Counted from the first letter of the stretch, positions 38,100-49,300 are shown. The stretch: 64,000 nt of DNA from Callorhinchus milii (GCF_018977255.1 NW_024704742.1:24492001-24556000); one strand, 5' to 3'. Notes: generated by a model from the letters alone, not told the origin. Made by a program: numbers and translations.

Positions 38100-38480
38100 G
38101 TGGTTCCCTCGGCTCAGTTGGTAACAAGCTGCCTCTTGGGTTCAGAAAGTTGTGGTCATAAGTTGAAATTCCAGTGCATTGTAGGGTATGCCGGCTTTCG
38201 GATGACACATTAAAACAAGGTCCCGTTTACCTGTTGAAATGCATGTTAAAGCTCCTGTGACACCATTCCAAAGAGAAGGGGGTTTCGCACAATTTCCAGT
38301 CAACAATCCTCCAGATAAATTGATCTTTCACTTCATGGCTGCTTATGAGACCTTGATAGTACAAATGGCTGCCACAATTACCTGCAAAATCTAGTCAATA
38401 CATTGGATATCAATTACTTCTGTGGTGCCTTGAGGTACTTGGATGTGATCAGGTGCTATGAAAATGCAAGTTCTTTTTTT
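38100..38480 (+). mobile_element. Old Deu-domain SINE
   Basis: ggctcagttggtaacaagctgcctc head; aaatggctgccac core; aaatgcaagttc tail. Confidence 0.7.
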
Positions 38481-38929
38481 AGCAGGCTTATTGTATATTC
38501 TTAGTCATGATGCATAGGCCTGTGCAATTTCAACAGAAATGCTGATCATATTCTCCCCCAGCCATAAGAGTTGTACATTTATGCATATTAGTCATGATGC
38601 TAGTTCATCTTCTGTTATTACTCATACATTACCGTATAAAGTGTGAGTGAGTGACAGTGTGAGAGAGTGTGTGGGTGCCTGAGAAAGAGTCAGTGTGTGT
38701 GTGTCACAGAGAGAGAGTGTATGTGTCCAGGAGTGGACTCTGGGGATGTGCGTGTGGAGTATTGGGGTGCGCACTCTTGGGGGGTGGGGGGTAGAGCCCT
38801 CCCGACACTTCACTCCCCCCATCCCCCCCGAGTGCTTTCCCCACCCCCGAGTCCTCCTGACACTCCCCCCCACCCTTTGGCACTCCTGACACACTCCCCA
38901 CCGCCCCTCCCCTCAGAGTGCTCCCCCCT

Positions 38930-39990
38930 CCGCCCAGAGCGCTCCCCAGATTTTCCCCCCAGAGCGTTCCCCCACACTCTTTCCCCGTCCCCAGAGCGCT
39001 CCCCCACACTCCTTCCCCGTCCCCAGAGCGCTCCCCCACACGCCTTCCCCACCCCCAGAGCGCTCCCCCTCACTCCTTCCACGTCCCCAGAGCGCTCCCC
39101 CTCACTCCTTCCCCGTCCCCAGAGCGCTCCCCCACACTCCTTCCCCGTCCCCAGAGCGCTCCCCCACACGCCTTCCCCACCCCCAGAGCGCTCCCCCTCA
39201 CTCCTTCCCCGTCCCCAGAGCGCTCCCCCTCACTCCTTCCCCGTCCCCAGAGCGCTCCCCCTCACTCCTTCCCCGTCCCTAGAGCGCTCCCCCACACTCC
39301 TTCCCCGTCCCCAGAGCGCTCCCCCACACTCCTTCCCCGTCCCCAGAGCGCTCCCCCACACGCTTTCCCCGTCCCCAGAGCGCTCCCCCACACTCCTTCC
39401 CCGTCCCCAGAGCGCTCCCCCACACGCCTTCCCCACCCCCAGAGCGCTCCCCCACACTCCTTCCCCGTCCCCAGAGCGCTCCCCCACACTCCTTCCCCGT
39501 CCCCAGAGCGCTCCCCCACACGCCTTCCCCACCCCAGAGCGCTCCCCCTCACTCCTTCCCCGTCCCCAGAGCGCTCCCCCACACTCCTTCCCCGTCCCCA
39601 GAGCGCTCCCCACACTCCTTCCCCGTCCCGAGAGCGCTCCCCCACACTCCTTCCCCGTCCCGAGCGCTCCCCCACACTCCTTCCCCGTCCCCAGAGCGCT
39701 CCCCCACACGCCTTCCCCACCCCCAGAGCGCTCCCCCACACTCCTTCCCCACCCTAGAGCGCTCCCCCACACTCCTTCCCCGTCCCGAGCGCTCCCCCAC
39801 ACGCCTTCCCCACCCCCAGAGCGCTCCCCCACACTCCTTCCCCGTCCCGAGCGCTCCCCCACACGCCTTCCCACCCCTAGAGCGCTCCCCCACACCCCCA
39901 GAGCGCTCCCCCACACGCCTTCCTCACCCCCAGAGCGCTCCCCCACACGCCTTCCCCGTCCTAAGCGTTCCCCCACACGTCTCCCCCACC
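38930..39990. repeat. 32-bp C-rich minisatellite (ccccagagcgctcccccacactccttccccgt), about 33 units
   Basis: Unit read at 38989-39020; each unit contains the palindrome AGCGCT; G-runs on the minus strand. Confidence 0.97.
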
Positions 39991-40071
39991 CGCCTTCCCC
40001 CCTCCGCATTCCCCCCTCCCCCAGAGTGCCCCCCCCCGCCCCCCACTCCAAATCCCCGCCCTCATCATTGT

Positions 40072-40410
40072 GGAGTCCTGTAGCTCAGTGGTTAGAGCAC
40101 TCGCTTTGCAAGCGAGAGACCTGAGTTCAATTCCAGGCAGAGGGCGAAACCTTGGGCAAGTTTCCTTACTCCACACAGAGCCTAATAATAATCCCTCCAA
40201 AACCAAAAACAATAATAAATTGATCATTTTCAATCTACGACTGTTTGTGGGACATTGCTGTGCGCAATTGGCTGCTGCGTTCGCCCACAAACATACAGTC
40301 CATTCACTTTACAGTGTGTTCTGCGAAGCGCTTTGGGACGTCCTCCCGACGTGAAAAGCGCTATATCAAAATGCGAGGATTATTATTATTATTGTTGTTG
40401 TTGTTGTTGT
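40072..40410 (+). mobile_element. Young Deu-domain SINE, short variant, abutting the TMEM131L promoter
   Basis: A and B boxes present, anticodon-like arm ctcgc-tttgcaa-gcgag, intact 3' stem-loop, (TTA)n(TTG)n tail. Confidence 0.95.
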
Positions 40411-40605
40411 CGTCACTTCCCGCTGCTGACGCGGCCCCCCCCCTCCTCCTCCCCGCACCGAACGTCGTGACGTCCCGCCGCAGACGTGCCGACGTCACGG
40501 GCCGGTGACGCGAGGTGGGGCGGGGCTCGGCGAGGAGCCGCCGACGCTCAGCCCCCGCGGTCGCTGACGCCGACGCCCTCAGTCAGACTGACACAGGGAC
40601 AGGCG
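40411..40605 (+). promoter_or_regulatory. TMEM131L: TMEM131L CpG-island promoter / 5' UTR
   Basis: Very CpG-rich; ETS-CRE overlap cgtcacttcc (GGAAGTGACG) at 40411, CRE-like gtgacgtc and gacgtcac, GC box gggcgggg; leads into strong-Kozak gcgATGg. Confidence 0.85.
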
Positions 40606-40738
40606 ATGGCCGGGCCGGGCTCCCCGCTGCACCAGCACCAGCACCGGCACCGGGCTCAGTGGGTCAGGCTGCTGCTCGGCATCTTCCAGCTGCTGCTGCC
40701 GCCTTTCTCCACGCAAAGTGCCACCCCCTCGGCCCAAG
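40606..40738 (+). CDS. TMEM131L: TMEM131L (KIAA0922) coding exon 1, signal-peptide-like (MAGPGSPLHQHQHRHRAQWVRLLLGIFQLLLPPFSTQSATPSAQ)
   Basis: Resembles recalled human MAG...NLLLGVFQVLLP...AQ; donor AAG/gtttgt, phase 1 joins exon 2; position downstream of MND1. Confidence 0.9.
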
Positions 40739-40989
40739 GTTTGTCACCCCCGTGAATTGTGACTCACCCCCTTTGTGTGTGTGTGTGTGTGAGTGTGTGT
40801 GTGAGTGACACTGGAGAAGGCCCCCACACACACTCACACCCACACACACACACACCCACACACACACATGTGCAGCCGAGCAGTGCTTTTGCGAGTTCCC
40901 GGGGCTGTCGTTTTTGTGCGGTGTCGGCAAATGTGCGGTGTTTATCCTCCTCTCGCGAACCACGAGTCATCGATTGTAATCGCCCTTTT

Positions 40990-41800
40990 GTGTGTGGGGT
41001 TGTGGGGGTGTGTGGGTGGGGGTGTGTGGGTGTGGTGGGTGGGGGGGTGGGGGTGGGGGGGTGTGGGTGTGTGGGGTGTGTGTGTGGGGGGTGTCTGGGG
41101 GGTGTGTGTGGGGGGGTGTCTGGGGTGTGTGTGTGTGTGGGTGGGGGTATGTGTGTCTGGGGGGTGTGTGTGGGGGGTGTCTGGGGTGTGTGTGTGGGGG
41201 GTATGTGTGTCTGGGGGGTGTGTGGGGGGTGTCTGGGGTGTGTGTGTGTGGGGGGGTATGTGTGTCTGGGGGGTGTGTGTGGGGGGGTGTCTGGGGTGTG
41301 TGTGTGTGGGGGTGTGTGTCTGGGGGTGTGTGTGGGGGGTGTCTGGGGTGTGTGTGTGGGGGGGTATGTGTGTCTGGGGGGTGTGTGGGGGGTGTCTGGG
41401 GTGTGTGTGTGGGGGGGTATGTGTGTCTGGGGGGGTGTGTGTGGGGGGGTGTCTGGGGTGTGTGTGTGTGGGGGGGTATGTGTGTCTGGGGGGTGTGTGT
41501 GTGGGGGGGGTGTGTGTGGGTGGGTGGGGGTGTGTGTGGGGGTGTGTGTCTGGGGGGTGTGTGTGGGGGGGTGTCTGGGGTGTGTGGGGGTGGGGGTGTG
41601 TGTGTCTGGGGGGTGTGTGTGGGGGGGTGTCTGGGGTGTGTGTGTGTGGGGGGGGGGTATGTGTGTCTGGGGGGTGTGTGGGGGGTGTGTGTCTGGGGTG
41701 CGTGTATGGGGGCAGGTGGGTGTCTGGTGTGTGTGTGTCTGGGGGTGTGTGGGGCGGGTGTGGGTATATGTGCATGTATGTAGGTGTGGGAGGGCTGTGC
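40990..41800 (+). repeat. G/GT-rich low-complexity tandem array (gggggtgtctggggtgtgtgtgt-like)
   Basis: Read directly; dense G-runs on the non-template strand. Confidence 0.95.
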
Positions 41801-42330
41801 GTGTCTGGGGGGGTGGGGTTGGAGCGCTGTGCGTGCCTGGGGGGGGTGGGGTTGGAGCGCTGTGCGTGCCTGGGGGGGTGGGGTTGGAGCGCTGTGCGTG
41901 CCTGGGGGGGTGGGGTTGGGGCGCTCTGCGTGTCTGTGGGGGTGGGGTTGGGGCGCTGTGCGAGCCTGGCCAGGGGTTGGGGCACTGTGGGGGGGTGGGG
42001 GCGGGCGCTCTGCGTGCCTGGGGTGGGTGGGCGCTGTGCGTGCCTGGGGGAGGGGGCGCTGTGCGTGCCTGGGGGTGGTGTGAGCGCTGTGCATGCCTGG
42101 GGTGGGTGGGCACTGTGCATGCCTGGGGGGGGGGGTGGGCACTGTGCATGCCTGGGGTGGTGTGAGCACTGTGCGTGCCTGGGGTGGGTGGGCACTGTGC
42201 ATGCCTGGGGGGGGGGGTGAGCACTGTGCATGCCTGGGGTGGGTGGGCACTGTGCATGCCCGGAGTGGGTGGGCACTGTGCGTGCCTGGGGGGGGTGGGG
42301 GGCGGGTGGGCACTGTGTGTGCCTGGGGTT
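41800..42330 (+). repeat. G-rich minisatellite, about 27-33 bp unit (ggggttggagcgctgtgcgtgcctggg grading to gggcactgtgcatgcctgggg)
   Basis: Read directly. Confidence 0.93.
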
Positions 42331-43203
42331 GGTTGTGTGTGTCGTGGGTGAGTGTGTGTATATGTGTGTCTGGGGGTGTGTGTGGCAGCGTGGGGTGTGG
42401 GGGGGGCGTGTGTGCATGGGGTGGGTGGGTGCGTGCTCTCTCTCTCTCCTCTTGAACCACGAGTCACAAATTATAATAACCCCTTTGTGCTTGTGGTGTG
42501 TGTTTTTAAAATTGAGGGCAGTGCACTTGGCAGTGTTTTATAAGTCGCTGTGGTGTTGAAAATAGTAAACGTGCGGTGTTTTTCTCTCTTCCCCTCTTGA
42601 ACCACGAGTCATAAATTGTAATAACCCCTTTGTGTTTGTGTGTGGTGTGTGTGTATGTATATTTGTGGTATGTGTGTGTGTGTATTTGTGGTGTGTGTGT
42701 GTATATTTGTGGTATATGTCTGTGTGTGTGTGTGTGTGTATTTGTGGTATGTGTGTGTGTATTAAATTTGAGGGCCATCCTGGGCACTGGGCAATGTTTT
42801 GTGAGTTGTTGTGGTGTTGAGCAGTAAATATGTGGTGTTTACCCTCCTTCCCTCTCCCTCCTCTCCTCGGTGGGCATGTTGTAGCTGCAGAAGGCAGCCT
42901 CATGCTGCAGGCAGGGGACACTCGTGGCTCCACATTTCAATTTCCTTTGCTTTTTAAAGAAAACACGCACAAAAAAAGGGCGATTTTGTTTTTAAACCCG
43001 GAGTGCATGCATCTCGGTTAACTTATTACTTGGGTTAAAAGTTGGGTGTAGGTTTTGAGAGCTAAATGGAGACCTTTTTTTGTCACCCCTTGAAATGCTT
43101 TTTCAGAAAAATGCCCTCCCCCCCCCCCCCCCTCTCTCTCTCTGTCGTTAGGTTAATGAAAGCTCTTTCGCTTTTACTGACAAATTTTTTTTTCCTCTAA
43201 CAG

Positions 43204-43274
43204 CACTTGCTGACATTCCCAGCGTAGTGGAGCTTTGGCAAACCGAGGAGGGAGAGGTATTACTTCACACTCAG
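43204..43274 (+). CDS. TMEM131L: TMEM131L coding exon 2 (ALADIPSVVELWQTEEGEVLLHTQ)
   Basis: tttcctctaacag acceptor, gtgaga donor, 71 bp; matches recalled human [24 protein letters not shown]. Confidence 0.95.
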
Positions 43275-43429
43275 GTGAGACTTTGAAATAAGGCCCAGAA
43301 TTAAATTCACAGCATTTCTAGCCGACATCAAATCCTGCAGCTCTGTGTTATTGTAGGGTTTGTTTCGCCGTTATTTTTAAATAAACTTAACAAAGAGATA
43401 TTTTGCTATCTTCAAAATACTGTTTTAAC

Positions 43430-43920
43430 AGCAACCTGTACTTGCATCTCATTGAAAGCCCATAAAATATACAATTGCACATAGCAATGACCCACAAACA
43501 GTCATGAAGTAAATGACCAATTTTATCTGAGCGATTGTTTGCCAGGACACTGGGAGAAACTCCCTTCTCTTTTTGAGTAATGCTGGACTGACCACTGCCT
43601 TGGAATGTCCTGATGTGAAGGCGCTATATAAATGTAAATTTGTTGTTGCTGCATGTTTGGGTGGACGTAACAACTACTTGGATTTATATAGTGCCTTTCA
43701 CATGGGGTAGTGTCCCAGGCATAAGATCCACCTAAACACACAGAGGGGACCTTGGTTCAATGCCTCATCTGAAGAATAGCACCTCTGGCAATAGAGAGCT
43801 TTCTCCAGACTTGGATTGAAGTGTCAGCCTAGACTGAGTTCAAAGTTTCGATGTGGAGCTTGAACTCACAACCTCCTGACTTAGAGGAGTGTGTGTTGTC
43901 AACAGAATCAGGCTGACACC
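43430..43920 (-). mobile_element. Old Deu-domain SINE with embedded L2-type tail fragments
   Basis: Minus-strand head gcttgaactcacaacctcctgacttagagg; Deu core; + strand solo tail at about 43597-43650. Confidence 0.7.
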
Positions 43921-44107
43921 TGGAAGGACTAGTGCTTTAGGTGGGTGTTGATTTAAACAGTCAATTCTGGTGTCTCTGGTTCTCAACCATTTAATGTATT
44001 AAAAGGAATATGGTTGACTTGGGCTGTGGCACTGGTATTTTGGAGCTCTACCTGCTCCTTTTCCCAAAATACATCTTACTTTTTAAAACTCATCTACCAC
44101 TGTCTAG

Positions 44108-44350
44108 GTTTTAGTCAGTCGAGTGTTGACGCATGCAAAAACCTATAAGCATGCTTAAGAGTATCCGAACCGAGAGTCCCATGCTTGCCACCTACACATG
44201 GAAATTCCTGTGTTTGGAATGAAATGCACACTCTCTCCTGCTTGCCTAATTCCACAGAGCATTAGGGGCAGGTGGGCAAGAGCCATGGCTTGGGGATCCC
44301 GGAGTGTGTGTTTGGGTATGCATTCGGAGAGGAACCAGCTTAAATTTTGT
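44108..44350 (+). mobile_element. Vingi-like derived repeat, 5' part
   Basis: Starts ttttagtcag; cctgcttgcctaattcc...gcttgggga shared with the 49383 and 63344 copies. Confidence 0.65.
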
Positions 44351-44387
44351 ACTGTTATGTAAATAACTTTGTAATGTTTCTCCACAG

Positions 44388-44431
44388 GCTGCTTCTGAGC
44401 AGAGTACAGATGACCTGCTTGTGGATCAAAG
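44388..44431 (+). CDS. TMEM131L: TMEM131L coding exon 3 (AASEQSTDDLLVDQS)
   Basis: tttctccacag acceptor, AAG/gtaagt donor, 44 bp, phase consistent with exon 2; acidic peptide like recalled human GDSEEGLEEPSQEQS. Confidence 0.82.
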
Positions 44432-44589
44432 GTAAGTTTTTAATTTAAAAAGCTTTTATTCTGCTTGTTCAGTAATTTGATTGCCTTACTCGTTGTTTTC
44501 ACAGATTGCTGTCCTAGATCATCTCAAACTTAAAACATTTTTTACAAAATAATACTAAGTACAAAAAGTGCATTTTTAAGAAGATTGTT

Positions 44590-45165
44590 CTTAATGAGTA
44601 AATGCACTGCAAAGTGTGGTGGTGGCGCATATAATATAGACCTGGAAAGTCCTAAGGTCATCTTGAAACCCCCAAATGTAGAACAGAAAGTCTTATTTTT
44701 AAGGAGAATGTTTTTAATTGGTAAATACACTGCAGAGTGTGGTGCTAGCCCGTATAGACCTGGAAAGTGCAAGGTCTGATCTCCTATCTGTACTAGAACT
44801 GCACCTTTAATAATAAATAATAATACTTGCATTTGATGTAGCCCCTTATCGTGTTGTTCAGATGTCTCGAATGGTTTCACAGGATATAGTGTGAAGTGGA
44901 TTGACTGTATATTTTGTGGGTGAAATGCGGCAGCAAAACAGTGCAAGAAAAGAACTGCACCTTTGCCCTGAGCTTCCTAGTTTTAAAGAGGAGAAAAGAT
45001 TGATTGAGGTTCGTACTCCAGATCATGTTGGCTGCTGGCCCTTGCTAGAGGTGAACGTGTTTGGGCTTCGGCAAAGATCAGATGATATCGTCTATGATGG
45101 TGCTTCACAAATAGCCAACAGTCGTCTGCCGTTCTGACTCACAAATGAAGAATGACCACTGGCGT
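44590..45165 (+). mobile_element. Ancient SINE (AmnSINE2-like) with tandemly duplicated head, interrupted by a minus-strand Deu SINE piece (about 44811-44945)
   Basis: gtaaat(g/a)cactgca...gtgtggtg...tagacctggaaagt occurs twice; ends ctcacaaatgaagaatgaccact. Confidence 0.5.
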
Positions 45166-47657
45166 GAAATGCTGAAAGATTGTTGGCGCCTGTGGAGCTG
45201 TAGCTTAGAAAGTGTGCTGCTTTCAGGAGAGTAGAGAAACTTGGAAGAAGGAAACTTGGAATGATGCTGGGTTAATGAAGTGAACAACTGAGGGGAAATT
45301 AACGCAAAGTACTAATTTTGTTGCAGGTCTGAACTTGCATAGATGTACAAAAAGGCAGTTTACAGCTATTTATTTGGTGCTCCAGCATCTTTTTCATTGT
45401 CGTGTAAGGCCACAAACTACCTGGAAATATGTATTTTATGTATTTCTGTAAAGAGTGATGTGTATGAACAGACAAACATGGCAGACAGTTTATGCACAGC
45501 AACAATCACAAGCAGGCAGGAGGTGAATGATAACTTGAGGATTGCGCTCTGTACCAGGCAAATAGAACTGCACATATGTGGGTTTTGTTTGGAAACATCA
45601 AGCTAAGTTCATATCTGGCTAACAAAAAAAATTCAGAAAATTGGCTATGTTTATTCTGCATTCAGTATATAATATGCTTAAGTTTTGCCTACAAGGATAA
45701 AGAGCAATCTGATGTTTTGGGGTGATGAATTACCTCAAAGAACTTTGGAGTTTTCTGTAAAGTGTGATGATTGATTTCATACTGCAAAGTGTGCCTTGGA
45801 GAACTTTCGTGATCAAAACCTTACGAACAGTGTTTGGCTGAAGGAATTGTACAACAGTATTAATCCCACTGAACTAGTCTAGTGTTTGTAATCAATTTGT
45901 CTTGATAGTGTAATTTATACCTCCGCCTACATCTATTGACTGTTCGTAGTTCAGCCGACCAGAACAACTTGCATTTATGTAGTGGCCTTCACACGGGGTG
46001 GCACCTCGGAGCGCTTTAGTAATCCTGGCATTTGATATAGTGCCTTATCATGTCATCAAGATGTTTCAAAGCCTTCACTGGATAATTGCGCAAATTACAT
46101 GTCTTCAAACACATTTCAATTTTTACTGTGAAGGAGAGGGTAATGTTGGGAAGGTGAAAAACACATTTTTACAAGCGAAACTAGTTTACCTGCAGTAAAG
46201 CTGCAGGTTGACTTTTGGTATTGGGTGGGGACAATAAATTGGCTACTATTTGCTCTTGGCTATAGTTGTACTGTAAGCTTCCAAGGTATAAAAATAAATG
46301 TAATAATTATCCTTGCGTTGATCTAGCACTTCATCACAGCAAACCTTTTTCAAGAGCTTCAATTTTCTTGTAAGTGTAGTCACTGTATTTTGTAGGCAAA
46401 CTTGACAACCAATTTGCACATGAGAATGTCGCACAGACAGCCATGAAGTGAATGACCATTTTTTTGTATTTGGAGGATTATTGGCCCTGTTAAATACTTG
46501 TACATACTACTAGAATTATTACAATGCAATTTACATATTGCACCATTCACGTCGGGAGAATGTCTCAAAGCACCTAAAACAGTAAACAGTTCTGTGCCTG
46601 CACATTCTGGGATCCTTAGAAGCATAACTCCAAAGGCAAAAAAACAATCTTACAGTGGGAAAGGGCATTGAATCTTCCCCCACCATCCCTTCTTCAGTCT
46701 CCAGCTCCCGTGTAGTGTTTGTGTTAGTCAGCCGTGCCATTGCTTCATTAAGTTATAATCCTTACATTTGCTACAGGACTTAAAACTTCACAGGTAACCA
46801 CTGTCAAATGCAGTGACTGTATTTGTAAATTGCATTTTGTATAACAAAATGTTAAAGAACAAAGTTCTTATTCTTGCTATTGGTCTCTTTCTTTCACATC
46901 TCTTTATCTTCCCCCAACTCCCCCCTTCAGCCATGCAATAATGACACAACATCTGTCCTCGAGATGAAGAGTAGATGACCAGACGGTTGGGTTTCACACA
47001 GCTCAGCCTTTTATAGGCAGCGGCATCAGTGTTGTGTGAGAAGCTTCTAGTGAGGTGGGAACCCATTGCAGCAGAGCATCCAAGTTTTGACCAAAGTTTC
47101 CATACATGGGCTTAAGCTTCTTTACAAATCTGAAACTGAAATGTATTTGGTCAAGTGAACCGTCCCCTGCAAAGTGCTGTAAAATATTTTCCGGTGTGAA
47201 AGGTATGATTACAGATGCAAGCTGATTTAGTTTGCAACGTGAAATTGCTTCAGTTTCCTCCCAAACCGAGCATTTTCAATGGTCAAACTCTTGTGTCTTG
47301 ATCTGCGCCCAGGCTCCTGCCAGTGCTGCTGCGACTGTTTATGCAGAGATGTAAATGCAACATGAACGTGAAATGCATGCTGCAGAACAGGTTTTAACTT
47401 TTAGAAGAAGAAATTCAAAGTATTTTGGGTTTGATCTGTTAATTCAGTGTGTGTTTAATGAACATCTGAAAGGAATCAATGATCACTTGGAGGTTTTTCA
47501 CTTAGAGATAAAATATGTTGCTATAGCCCAGGATGTTTTTAGGAATCATTTGCTAATTCAGCTGTAATATTATGAACATGTCATGAGAATTTTTTTGTAG
47601 AAGATTGGGACAAACTTTTCTAAAGTTTTTTTTCTCTCTAATAATCCAAGCTTGTTT

Positions 47658-48018
47658 GTACAGGGTAACCCTGCTATAACTTGCTCCTTTGGGTTCAATA
47701 TCTAAGGCTGCATTATAAATGAAGGTTGAAAAAATAGGCAAATTCTGGGTCATTGGGCTTCTACTGACGTTGCTTCCTCCGCACTCTGTGCGAAATGAGC
47801 CACTAACCTCAGCAATACTTCCTGTGTACAGCACGCCCGAGTGCAACATGCAGAAAGTGACATTAGCGGCAACTTGATAACCAGAAGTTTGGCAAAAGCA
47901 ACAAATTACATTTGTGTAGCACCTTTCACGTTGGGAGCACATCCGAACACGCTGGAATACCAGCACTATGAGCGAGTCTGCGCTGTCCTGACTGGAAATA
48001 TAACCGGGTTCCCTTGTA
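47658..48018. mobile_element. Possible old Tigger/TcMar-like MITE
   Basis: TA-flanked degenerate TIRs tacagggtaaccctgctataac and gaaatataaccgggttcccttgta. Confidence 0.45.
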
Positions 48019-48249
48019 TCTTGATAGCAATCAGCAATACTTATGGATGTACCATTAGGGTTTGATTACTTCTATGCCTGAGGATTTAGTGCTTCTGGAT
48101 TTGACTGTATTTTCTAATAGGATGTTTGCAGCCCCAGAGTCCTAGCAAAATGACTAGTCAGCTGAAGTTTTCAATCTAGTTTAATATAATTAGACCAATG
48201 GGATAAATACATGACTGTTGGAAAACCAAATCTTGCACTGACTGGTTAT

Positions 48250-49125
48250 TGATGGAGTGGGCCAGGGTGGGGAGGACATGAAACAGGCCAGAACCTGCTG
48301 AGCAGAGGGTATGGACAGGTTGATATGGAGTCAGCAGGTCACAGGGGTAGGAAGGGGCAAGGCTGTGGAGGGCCTTGAAGGCGAGGACAAGGGTTTTGAA
48401 CTCTATCCTCTGGGGATGGGGAGCCAGTGGAGCCTAGGGCAGGAGAGGACACAAGTTCCAGGCTTCTGGATGATCTGCAGCTTGTGGAGGGAAGAGTTTG
48501 GAAGGCTGGTCGAGGCTAGCTGTGATGAATGCGTGGACGAGGGGTGAGGTAGTGGCGGAATCGGGCAATATTGTGGAGGTGGGGAAGGCAGAGAGGGTCA
48601 TGGCACAGATGTGGGGTAGAAGGGTAGTTGAGGATCCAATAAGACAACAGGGTTCTGGACTGGCTCAGTGAGGTGGAGTGTGCATCCTTGAATGGTAATG
48701 CTGTCAGCGCCTGAGGTGTGGATTCGCTGACGGGAGCCAATCAGGAGAGCCTCGGTCTTGTTGACGTTCACCTGTAGAAAGTTAGCTCTCATCCAGGACT
48801 TGATGTCTGACAGACATTGTGTCGGGACAGCAGTGGTCCTGGACTCGAGGGTGGAGGCAGAGAGATAGAGGTGGGTGTCATCCTCATACATGTGGAAGAG
48901 AGAGTATATTGCTATTGAAGAAGAGGGGACCAAGGACAGGGCCCTGAGGAACACCACACGAGATGGTGCGGAAGCTAGAGGAGAAGCTGTTTATGGAGAT
49001 GAAGTGGAGATGGTGTGAGGGGTACAATCTGAACCATTCAAGGACAGAACCATGAAGGTTGAGGTGAGAGGAGAGATGGTGGAGGGGGATAGAGTGGTCA
49101 ACGGTATCAAAGGCAGGAGAGAGGT
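48250..49125 (-). mobile_element. Decayed L2 RT fragment
   Basis: LSPAFDTVDH, GVPQGPVLGP, MYEDDTHLY, CLSDIKSWM. Confidence 0.92.
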
Positions 49126-49126
49126 T

Positions 49127-49300
49127 ATAATAATAATAATCCTTGCATTTGATATAGCGCCTTATTACATCTTCGAGACGTCTCAAAGTGCTTCACAGAA
49201 AGTACTGTAAAGTGAATTGACTGTATGTTTGGGTGAAACGTGACAATTGCGCACAGCAGTGTCCCACAAACAGTCGTGGATTGAGATAACCAATTTGTTG
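49127..49300 (-). mobile_element. Deu-domain SINE 3' half
   Basis: (TAA)n ccttgcatttgatatagcgcc...cacagcagtgtcccacaaac. Confidence 0.85.

Noticed and set aside
38930..39990. CRISPR-like regularly spaced palindromic repeat
   Set aside because: No unique spacers, no cas genes, vertebrate context
38667..40124. 485-aa and overlapping Pro/Ser-rich ORFs
   Set aside because: Translations of a 32-bp minisatellite with few stop codons; open in several frames on both strands
40073..40147. tRNA-Ala(TGC)-like cloverleaf (also at 1280 and 57059)
   Set aside because: Imperfect acceptor and T stems, no oligo-T terminator directly after, and it continues into a SINE body and tail
40759..42467. 468-567-aa Gly/Val/Cys-rich or His/Thr/Pro-rich ORFs
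   Set aside because: Low-complexity GT/G arrays in TMEM131L intron 1; open in all frames
47006..47016. Consensus TATAAAAG boxes (minus strand here, plus strand at 5221)
   Set aside because: Isolated short motifs expected by chance; no supporting gene or CpG island
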